Shown here: one piece after another, positions 1 to 7,673 of the stretch
Layout: each line of letters starts with the position of its first letter
Position numbering within the stretch: position 1 is the first letter of the stretch
NCBI GenBank assembly: GCA_051532055.1
Contig: JAOPTX010000037.1
Location: 1 to 64,000 of the forward strand
Source: Fibrobacterales bacterium
GTDB taxonomy: Bacteria > Fibrobacterota > Fibrobacteria > Fibrobacterales > JAOPTW01
Length of the DNA: 64,000 nucleotides
Reading direction: 5' to 3'
Notes under the pieces: generated by a model
Told to the model about the DNA's origin: nothing
What the model saw: only the letters and a program-made list of their open reading frames with translations
Databases searched by the model: none
Translations under genes and position numbers: made by a program

Positions 1-1309
1 CGCGCATCTCGATATACTGTACTTGCGCTGTGAGCACCATCATGTGTGCATTTAAAAGGTTAATTTCTGCTTGAGTCAAAGCGTTGAGCGCATTAAGCAC
101 TTCAAGATACGTTGTTAAGCCATTGGTATATTGTTTTTTCGCTTCATTAAAAGCCTTCTGTGCGGCATCTCGGTTATTTCCCCATGCTTCAAAAGCTTCT
201 TGCTGTGTTACAATAGTTGCCTCTTGGAGTGTGAGCTCACTATGCATTGCTACTATTTTCTGCTTTAAACTCTGCTCTGCCGCTCTGAGTTCTGCCTTTG
301 TTACCGCATGCCCACTTGACGTTGCAAACCCCGCAAAAAGAGGAAGGGTGAGGTTAGCGCCGACCGCCCACGCTTGATCACTGTTTGTTTTAGGCTCAAC
401 AGTATAGTCATACCCCACCATACCCGTGAGTTCAATTTTAGGGAGATGCCCAAGTAACGCAGCCGTGTGACTATGCTCATGGGCTTTAATGCGGAGGCGC
501 TCGGCCTGTATGTCTGGGCGTTTTTCAACAATGGTATTAGGCGAAATAAGAATAAGATCTTGTACGAAAGGGAGATTATTTGCTTGAGGTACTGTTTCAA
601 TTCCCGAAAGTGTTTTCAATTGAAGCTCTGCTGAAAGTACCCCTCGCTTAGCTGAAGGCAATTGAGCTTTTCGGCTCGCCAATGCTTGTTCTTGCTGCAA
701 TACCGGCAAGAGCGAATGCTCACCCAACCGGTAGCGTGCACGCGTCATCTCTAGTATCTCTTTGGATGATGCTATTTGTTCTTCTATAATTTTTAAAAGG
801 CTTTTGCGATATAAAAAATCAAAATAGGTAAGGGTAACGACACTGGTCATTTTTAAGGCAACCGAAGTCGCATCATGTGTTATTGCCTTTGCGCTGTACC
901 CTGCAGAACGGCGGTTCTGGAAACCAGCCCCCCATGCATCAATAGTATACCGCGCCGAAAGCCCTGCTTGACCATTACCATACAGTTGAGTCTCCTCAGG
1001 AACCATACCCGGATTAAAGCCTTGAGTTGGATCAATGACCACTCCAGGCATCCCGCCCGTAGTCTTTGGAAAGTAGTTCACCCCAACGGATGCAGTAAGG
1101 GAGGGATACAGCACTGCTGCACTCTGATCAGATCTCGCCTCAGCACTTTTCACTCGCTCTTGCATAGCGGCGAGATCACCATTATAGAGCAGGGTACTTT
1201 CAATGACAGTATCGAGTTGTGGTACGTTAAAATGACTCCACCACTGCCTCTCTGCAGCGAAAGGTATTACGACCAATCCCATAACGATCCATATTAGTGT
1301 TCTACTCAT
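1..1309 (-). CDS. TolC/NodT-family outer membrane efflux factor (partial, runs off left edge)
   Basis: Not in the ORF track. Manual translation from ATG at 1309 (AGGAG SD upstream) gives MSRTLIWIVMGLVVIPFAAERQWWSHFNVPQLDTVIESTLLYNGDLAAMQERV..., the typical WW..F..P.L..I...N.DL N-terminus of outer membrane factors. Overlaps the tetR stop. Confidence 0.85.
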   Translation of the reverse strand, partial: MSRTLIWIVMGLVVIPFAAERQWWSHFNVPQLDTVIESTLLYNGDLAAMQERVKSAEARSDQSAAVLYPSLTASVGVNYFPKTTGGMPGVVIDPTQGFNPGMVPEETQLYGNGQAGLSARYTIDAWGAGFQNRRSAGYSAKAITHDATSVALKMTSVVTLTYFDFLYRKSLLKIIEEQIASSKEILEMTRARYRLGEHSLLPVLQQEQALASRKAQLPSAKRGVLSAELQLKTLSGIETVPQANNLPFVQDLILISPNTIVEKRPDIQAERLRIKAHEHSHTAALLGHLPKIELTGMVGYDYTVEPKTNSDQAWAVGANLTLPLFAGFATSSGHAVTKAELRAAEQSLKQKIVAMHSELTLQEATIVTQQEAFEAWGNNRDAAQKAFNEAKKQYTNGLTTYLEVLNALNALTQAEINLLNAHMMVLTAQVQYIEMR

Positions 1310-1907
1310 CTATTTCTCCTAGAGAAAATTTTGATACTATTAGTGCAATTTCTTCTACAAACACTTCGGGGTCGTCCATAAGGCTCTTCATACAATCCAC
1401 ATCGTTCAAATGGCACAGCATCATATTCATATGGACACTCCCTAAAATCATTTTCGCAAGAGTTCCATAGGGTACAGAGCCAATTAACCCTGCTGTATTA
1501 CAGCGGGTCAGCCATGCGGTTAGCTCATTTATTGCCATAACTGGTGGGGGTACTGCAACTTTTCCCAATAGTTCATTCATATCTATATTCTCTATACGCA
1601 TGATATTAATGACAGGCGCTAACTCTTTAAAAAAGGTTGCGAGATTATTAAGAATTTCAGAAAGTTGTTCTTTGAATGTGCGGGAATCAGGGAGATTTTT
1701 AACCTGTAAAATCCAAGCGGGAACCTCTCGAACTGCAAGAGACTCTATAATAAGTTCACGTTTTGTTTTGAACCGCTTAAAGAGTGCCGCTTGAGAAACA
1801 CCCATTTCTTGAGCAATGACACTCATTGAGATTTGGCTGCCCTGTTCTATGAAAAGTTTCCTCGCGCAAATGGTCAGCTCTTCATTTGTAAATTGTTGTG
1901 GTCTCAT
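1302..1907 (-). CDS. TetR/AcrR family transcriptional regulator
   Basis: N-terminal HTH ARKLFIEQG..ISMSVIAQEMGVSQAALFKRFKTKRELI; first gene of an efflux operon. Confidence 0.9.
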   Translation of the reverse strand: MRPQQFTNEELTICARKLFIEQGSQISMSVIAQEMGVSQAALFKRFKTKRELIIESLAVREVPAWILQVKNLPDSRTFKEQLSEILNNLATFFKELAPVINIMRIENIDMNELLGKVAVPPPVMAINELTAWLTRCNTAGLIGSVPYGTLAKMILGSVHMNMMLCHLNDVDCMKSLMDDPEVFVEEIALIVSKFSLGEIDE

Positions 1908-1915
1908 ATCGAACC

Positions 1916-1941
1916 AGTTAGTAAGTAATCACTCACTAACT
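1916..1941. promoter_or_regulatory. Putative TetR operator palindrome
   Basis: AGTTAGTAAGT-AATC-ACTCACTAACT, 10/11 inverted repeat immediately upstream of the tetR start. Confidence 0.65.
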
Positions 1942-2041
1942 TACTATAGATCTCCGTATAATTCAAGTTTAATAGAAGAAAGAGTCCATTTGTTACACTT
2001 TAATACACTTTTTGAAGCGTATAGGGCAATTATGTGTATAG

Positions 2042-3085
2042 TTACCTAACGGCATCTGAGTGGCCCTTGAGCTTTTGATAGAGTGAATCACTACCTAAGA
2101 TCCACCTTTTTTGTTGCATTTGACCGATCCACTCCTTCTTAATCTCATCATTTACCTCAATACGAGAATCAGTTGTGTGCCAAAAATCCATCTCTTTCCA
2201 CATAGCTTGATTTTTCCAGTCTACACTGATATAAGCCAATGCCTTAATTTCAGGGTGCAAGTCCAAGTGCCTCCAGAGCATATCAAACCACTCTCGAGCC
2301 TTTGAGGTATCCTTAGGTTTTTCAAAATCAACATTATTAGCGCAAGCTTCAGCAATCATAATTGGTTTTCTATGCTCTTTGCCAAAAGCAATCATTGCTT
2401 CACCATATGCCGCTCCAGCACTCTGCATTCCACTAAAGTGAGAATACCCAACCCAATCTACATATCGGTCTCCTGGATACCACGGTTCATAATTATAACT
2501 AATGGGCTCGTTACCATTACTCTGCCATACATATGCTACATTCGAAACCCCATCGCGCTTCATCAGTTCCCAGATATAAATGAAGGCTGTTCTATACACA
2601 GCCGGGTCATAACCAGTAAAGTTAAATTCATAACCGATACGAAAAAAGACCGGACGAGGAGCGAGCGTTTTAAAGTAACGTGCTAGAGCTAAAAGTTCGG
2701 CATCTTTTGTGCCTGCTGTTATGGCACCCTCATCTTCAAGCATCCAATATCCAATTGAAATTGCCTTATTGTCAAATGCTTTATGGGACAATTGACGATT
2801 CAGATAGTAGTCACCTGCCCCATACTCTACATGGCTCCATAGGCCTTGATTCGATACATTAGTATAGGTGGTGATTCCAGCAGGATCAGGAAGTTCACCA
2901 TGATCCAAATATCCCGATGCGCCATCACGCCCCCATCCAGATTCTTCTTCAGAAAAAGAGACCCCACCGATTGCATTCAAATCTTGTCCAACAAAAAGAA
3001 TCACCTTTCCATCATCAGGTTCAAAAAGTGCTCGCTTGCTCTGTACAACCTTATTTGAAGTACTGACATTTTCTCTAGAATTCAT
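2042..3085 (-). CDS. Glycoside hydrolase family 26, beta-1,3-xylanase-like
   Basis: LFVGQDL, FRIGYEFN (acid/base Glu), WYPGDRYVDWVGYS, KPIMIAE (nucleophile Glu). Confidence 0.8.
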   Translation of the reverse strand: MNSRENVSTSNKVVQSKRALFEPDDGKVILFVGQDLNAIGGVSFSEEESGWGRDGASGYLDHGELPDPAGITTYTNVSNQGLWSHVEYGAGDYYLNRQLSHKAFDNKAISIGYWMLEDEGAITAGTKDAELLALARYFKTLAPRPVFFRIGYEFNFTGYDPAVYRTAFIYIWELMKRDGVSNVAYVWQSNGNEPISYNYEPWYPGDRYVDWVGYSHFSGMQSAGAAYGEAMIAFGKEHRKPIMIAEACANNVDFEKPKDTSKAREWFDMLWRHLDLHPEIKALAYISVDWKNQAMWKEMDFWHTTDSRIEVNDEIKKEWIGQMQQKRWILGSDSLYQKLKGHSDAVR

Positions 3086-3485
3086 TACGTCCCCTCCCCC
3101 CCTAAAAGCACAACCAAGTAGTACTTAGAGTCAATATTTTATGAGGGCTAAAATTCTTATTTTTATCATACATTCAGCATAGAATTAACTTTGCAAATAA
3201 TAGCCACTCTGGTTTTTATTCACACAATTAACAACCAAAAAGCAACCTATTCACCTATATCAGCAAAATAATTATAGAAAATCAATTCTGACATAATAGC
3301 AGAACCACCCCATAGACCTGCGTTATTTAGTAACAGAATGTAAACTTATGCAAACATCCATTACAACTTAGTAATTTGTACTCATTCCATATTGGTTATG
3401 ATAGTTGGTTTATGTATTATATATGTAATGAATACAGTTTAACGACTTTACTTAAGTTGTAACAAACACAAACGGAGTATATATT

Positions 3486-3944
3486 ATGGTTGTCAGCAGA
3501 ATAAATACACGCGATCAGCTTATAAAACACGGAATTCGCCCTTCACACCAAAGAATCAAAATTTATGATTACTTGGTACAAAAGAGAAACCACCCAAGTG
3601 TTGACGAAATTTTCGTTGACCTAAGATCTGAAATACCTACACTTTCTAAAACAACTATATACAACACTCTCAAAGAGTTTCATAAACATAGACTTGTTAC
3701 TCAATTGACTATTGATGAAAATGAGATGAGATATGATTCAGATACTCATATTCATGGCCATTTCATCTGTGAAAATTGCAACAAAATATATGATTTTGAA
3801 GTGGACCAAGCTATGCTCAGTTCAAGCCTACTCGACATTGTTGAGGTCAAAGAACACCACCTCTATCTGAAAGGTATTTGTAAAAACCACAACGCAGCTG
3901 ATCATCTTTCACATAGTTTACAGAGAGAAACAGCACAATTCTAA
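3486..3944 (+). CDS. Fur-family regulator, PerR-like
   Basis: RPSHQRIKI, NHPS, SKTTIYNTL, RYD..HIHGHFICENC..IYD (His/Asp regulatory site with the PerR-type Asp), C-terminal CKNH. Confidence 0.9.
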   Translation: MVVSRINTRDQLIKHGIRPSHQRIKIYDYLVQKRNHPSVDEIFVDLRSEIPTLSKTTIYNTLKEFHKHRLVTQLTIDENEMRYDSDTHIHGHFICENCNKIYDFEVDQAMLSSSLLDIVEVKEHHLYLKGICKNHNAADHLSHSLQRETAQF

Positions 3945-3954
3945 TATCGAAAGA

Positions 3955-3995
3955 AAAAGGCACTTCCATTGGCTTTTGCTAAGGATGTGCCTTTT
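3955..3995 (+). terminator. Hairpin, probable intrinsic terminator after the perR-like gene
   Basis: AAAAGGCAC...GTGCCTTTT outer stem with inner TTGGC/GCTAA pairing. Confidence 0.5.
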
Positions 3996-4012
3996 GATCT
4001 AGTATTATAGGT

Positions 4013-4164
4013 ATGCAAGCCCACCGGGAAGAACACGGCAGCTATAAGTTTTACGAAAAACAAACAGACGAGACTACTGATCACTACTATAGGGAAACCT
4101 TTCTCACCCTACTGAAGAAGAACGTAATCATCAGCAGATTCTCGCATCACTCATAAATATGTAA
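4013..4164 (+). pseudogene. Frameshifted rubrerythrin/ferritin-like helix-pair fragment
   Basis: MQAHREEHGSYKFYEKQTDETTDHYYRETFLTL, then after a 1-nt shift near 4112 EEERNHQQILASLINM*; matches the E..Y.FY...D...LF..LAEEE..H ferritin-like pattern. Confidence 0.5.
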
Positions 4165-4357
4165 AATCAAAATCCCTTGAGCGTGACGTTAAATTTACAG
4201 AGTATTCTGATGAGTAAAGTTTTACTCAAAAAAAATAATGCTTTATATATCTAAAGACCATTGCCCCAATCCTTAAAATTTTAAATGAGCGATTCTCTTT
4301 GTAAGCTATATTGTCCTTCCATGACTAAAGATTAATAATCATGACAATGGAATACCC

Positions 4358-5644
4358 ATGAAACAGTTTATCACCCTCGTCCTTATAGCTGCTACAACAC
4401 TATTTGCAACCCCCGAAGCCTGCCCTACAGAGTCAGAAGGCGTTGCAATAGATTCAATCACCTTTTCTGGAATTGAAACGACTTTACCCAAGGTAATTCA
4501 ACGAGAACTCACCCACACTACGAATACCCCCTTTCAATGCAGCCTCTATACCAAAGAGAAACAACGTCTTATGAATCTCGACATCTTCTCTTCGGTAATA
4601 GCATCCATCGATACAGTTGCAGAAAAAAATATACTCACCTATACGTTTAAGGAACTACCTGCGTATATAATAGTTCCCACTATTGGAAAAACTGACCAAG
4701 ATGGCTGGAGAGCTGGAGCAATACTCGCCTCCCTTAACTTTTTAGGTAATGATATTCGCCTTGAAGCTTTTGCCCGGTACGGGTTTCGACCTTCTTTTGC
4801 TTCGGTGCAAGAATATATGCTTGTGGTATCATCACCCTATTTTATGGACCTCCCCATTGAATACCAAATTGCCTATATCAAAACTGAACGATACAACAGC
4901 ATTATTGATTTTAATGAAAACTCCCATCTCTTTCAGGGAGAATTCTCATTTCCATTAGTTTCTAATCTCGATATATTATGGGGGGGGCGCTCTTACTATA
5001 TGATATCAGATCGTGCAGATATTATGAGTAGCGGTTCATTACATGAGACCGCAAATCGGCTCCACCTTGGGCTTTCACACGATACACGCAATGCACGCTT
5101 TAACCCATTTGAAGGGCATTATGCTGAGGCACGGATTTCTCAAACGGGAATCATCGCTGGTGGTGACATCAGATACACGGAATATCTTATGGATGTACGA
5201 AAATACTTTCACCCTTCCCCTCATCATCTATTCAGAGTATATGGACTAGGAGAATATCGTGATGGCACATTTAGCCAATATGAGTATTTTCGAAGTGGCG
5301 GTGCAAATGTTCTTGCTGGCTACGACAATAAAGCATTCTCAGGCACCAGTGAACTCCTCCTTACCACAGAATATGCGTATGAATTTTTCCACCATAAAAA
5401 CTTCACCGTTCTCGGAGTAAATTTCTTCCTTGGGCTACAAGCAGTTGCCGGAATTGATTACGGCCTCTTTTTTAATGATGGAGAAAAAAATCACGGCTAT
5501 TCCTACTATACCGGGGTTCACTTACTTGTTCCAGGTGCCGAGAGACTCAGGTTCGAATTTAGCCAAAATATCACCCACCTTTCTGTTGACTTTAATACTG
5601 GTTTTTTTGAGAAAAGTACTACCAGACGTTGGCACATTAGATAG
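4358..5644 (+). CDS. Omp85 (BamA/TamA-like) outer membrane protein with a single POTRA domain
   Basis: Signal peptide; POTRA IDSITFSGIETT..VIQREL...RLMNLDIFSSV; NFLG; HDTRNARFNPFEG; GGANVLAGY lid-loop-like motif. Confidence 0.75.
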   Translation: MKQFITLVLIAATTLFATPEACPTESEGVAIDSITFSGIETTLPKVIQRELTHTTNTPFQCSLYTKEKQRLMNLDIFSSVIASIDTVAEKNILTYTFKELPAYIIVPTIGKTDQDGWRAGAILASLNFLGNDIRLEAFARYGFRPSFASVQEYMLVVSSPYFMDLPIEYQIAYIKTERYNSIIDFNENSHLFQGEFSFPLVSNLDILWGGRSYYMISDRADIMSSGSLHETANRLHLGLSHDTRNARFNPFEGHYAEARISQTGIIAGGDIRYTEYLMDVRKYFHPSPHHLFRVYGLGEYRDGTFSQYEYFRSGGANVLAGYDNKAFSGTSELLLTTEYAYEFFHHKNFTVLGVNFFLGLQAVAGIDYGLFFNDGEKNHGYSYYTGVHLLVPGAERLRFEFSQNITHLSVDFNTGFFEKSTTRRWHIR

Positions 5645-5812
5645 CCCCAACTAAGACAAAAATGTAAAAATTATATTTGGGTAATTTGGTACAACATTCT
5701 ATACAAACGCATTGCGAGGGGCACTTATATTCAAAAGTGTCGCTTATGCAACAATTTCGTCATTTTTAATACACATTATTGTTCACCGTTTTTATGACCA
5801 TTCTTATTTTCC

Positions 5813-5826
5813 TTGATCTAGATCAA
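5813..5826 (+). promoter_or_regulatory. Perfect FNR/Crp-family box TTGAT-N4-ATCAA
   Basis: TTGATCTAGATCAA inside an 18-bp perfect palindrome CCTTGATCTAGATCAAGG (5811-5828); candidate -10 TATCAT at 5848-5853. Confidence 0.7.
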
Positions 5827-5884
5827 GGTTTTATGCTTCTGAATCACTATCATTTGATTAGTGAGTCTATTACATGAGAATATA

Positions 5885-6289
5885 ATGGTTGCCCAATCCT
5901 CTATAACCCAATATCTACTCCATCATGGTATCAAGCCTTCATTCCAAAGAATTAAAATCTTTGAATACCTTATGGGACAAGACGAGTTTCCTACTATCGA
6001 AACTATGTATCGCGACTTGAAGAGTGAACTCTCTACTCTCTCCAAAACCACAATTTATAATACTCTTCGCGAGTTTAATCGAAAGAGCATTTTAAGTAGA
6101 GTTAATCAAAACCTTATTAATGAATTTCAAAATATTGATACTACCATTTCATTGACAGTACAGTGCACACAATGTGGATCTATAGAGACTCACATCACAG
6201 AGCGAAATTCACTTCCAGACATAATTACCAACACCTTTTCATTAAGTACAACAGCACTAACCATACACGGTAAGTGTAAGAAACACTAG
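5885..6289 (+). CDS. Fur-family paralogue with degenerate regulatory metal site
   Basis: HGIKPSFQRIKIFEYL and TLSKTTIYNTL closely match the 3486 gene; CTQC and CKKH retained; start set at ATG 5885 by alignment with the paralogue (track start 5861). Confidence 0.8.
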   Translation: MVAQSSITQYLLHHGIKPSFQRIKIFEYLMGQDEFPTIETMYRDLKSELSTLSKTTIYNTLREFNRKSILSRVNQNLINEFQNIDTTISLTVQCTQCGSIETHITERNSLPDIITNTFSLSTTALTIHGKCKKH

Positions 6290-6399
6290 GGCTTTATAAA
6301 GAAGTTCAAAGTTATAATTTATTGGTAAACAACCAATTCGAGACTAAATCGCAGTCTAATTAAGTTACATTTCAGTTACATTATTATATGCATAATTAC

Positions 6400-6414
6400 T
6401 GTAATAGCATTACA
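6400..6414. promoter_or_regulatory. Palindromic operator candidate upstream of the malic enzyme-acnB genes
   Basis: TGTAAT-AGC-ATTACA, preceded by two GTTACATT direct repeats (6364-6383). Confidence 0.4.
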
Positions 6415-6443
6415 CAATTATGATACATAAAGCGAGAGCCCGA

Positions 6444-7649
6444 ATGGCTGTAGACTACTTCAAAATGTCCATGGATATGCATAAGCAATGCCAAGGAAAA
6501 ATCGGTATAGAATCAAAATTTTGTGTAAAAAACAAAGAAGATCTTTGTGTTGCTTACACCCCTGGAGTTGCAGAACCATGTCTTGCAATTGCAAAAGATC
6601 CAGAACTTTCTAAAACATTAACGATTCGTGGAAATGCTATTGCAGTTGTTACTGATGGTACGGCAGTACTTGGTCTTGGTAATATCGGTCCAGAAGCAGC
6701 GATGCCTGTAATGGAAGGCAAAGCACTCCTCTTTAAACAATATGCCAATATTGACGCATGGCCACTCTGCCTCGACACTACAGACCCTAAAGAGATTATA
6801 AAAACAATTCGCTATTTAGCGCCAAGTTTTGGCGGTATCAACCTCGAAGATATTGCCGCTCCCCATTGTTTTGAAATTGAAAATGAGCTCCAAGACTTAG
6901 GCATCCCTGTCTTTCATGATGACCAATTTGGTACTGCAATTGTCTGTTTAGCAGCCATAATCAATGCAACTAAAGTTGTTGGTAAAAAAGTAGAAGACCT
7001 CAATGTTGTTATTTCTGGCCCCGGCGCTGCCGGCTCAGCTATTGCGCGATTAATTGCTATGCAAGGATTTGCAGCTTCGCCCGATAGGCCACCGGTACAT
7101 AATATCATCCTTTGTGATGAACACGGTGCCTTAGTAAAAGGCCGTGCACACCTCACTCCTGAATATGAAAAGCTACTAGAATTTACCAATAAAGAGAATC
7201 GTGGAGGCAAACTAAGTGATGTGATTGAGGGTGCTGATGTATTTATTGGTGTATCTCGTCCTGGAGTTCTCAAGAGAGAGGATGTAGCCAAAATGAGTAA
7301 GAATGCAATAGTTCTTGCTATGGCAAACCCAAAACCAGAAATCATGCCCGATGAAGCAAAAGCGGGTGGTGCGGCGGTAATTGGTACTGGACGAAGCGAC
7401 TTCCCCAATCAAGTAAACAACGTTCTCGTTTTTCCAGGTATCTTTAGAGGTGCCCTTGATGCAAAAGCCAAACAAATTACCCCTGAAATGAAAATTGCTG
7501 CAGCGTATGCCCTCGCAGCCCTCATTAAGGAGCCTACCGCTGATAAAATTATCCCAGACCCCTTTGATACAGGCGTTGCGGCCGCTGTTGCAGAAGCGGT
7601 AAAACTCACTGCAGAGAATCAACTCAAAAATGAAAAAGAATTTGTATAA
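6444..7649 (+). CDS. NAD(P)-dependent malic enzyme (short form)
   Basis: AYTPGVAEPC, TDGTAVLGLGNIG, PVMEGKALLFK, GGINLEDI, PVFHDDQ, TGRSDFPNQVNNVLVFPGIFRG; start 6444 or 6420. Confidence 0.93.
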   Translation: MAVDYFKMSMDMHKQCQGKIGIESKFCVKNKEDLCVAYTPGVAEPCLAIAKDPELSKTLTIRGNAIAVVTDGTAVLGLGNIGPEAAMPVMEGKALLFKQYANIDAWPLCLDTTDPKEIIKTIRYLAPSFGGINLEDIAAPHCFEIENELQDLGIPVFHDDQFGTAIVCLAAIINATKVVGKKVEDLNVVISGPGAAGSAIARLIAMQGFAASPDRPPVHNIILCDEHGALVKGRAHLTPEYEKLLEFTNKENRGGKLSDVIEGADVFIGVSRPGVLKREDVAKMSKNAIVLAMANPKPEIMPDEAKAGGAAVIGTGRSDFPNQVNNVLVFPGIFRGALDAKAKQITPEMKIAAAYALAALIKEPTADKIIPDPFDTGVAAAVAEAVKLTAENQLKNEKEFV

Positions 7650-7673
7650 TTAGTATAAACCCAAAACCACCGA

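Noticed and set aside
84..1297. Track ORFs 84-377, 301-600 and 875-1297
   Set aside because: Shadows of the minus-strand TolC-like gene, which is open through this region
3125..3133. Selenocysteine or alternative-code readthrough of the TGA in the GH26 signal
   Set aside because: An in-frame TAA follows two codons later, and TGA serves as a normal stop elsewhere (lysS, cinA, prfB shift site)
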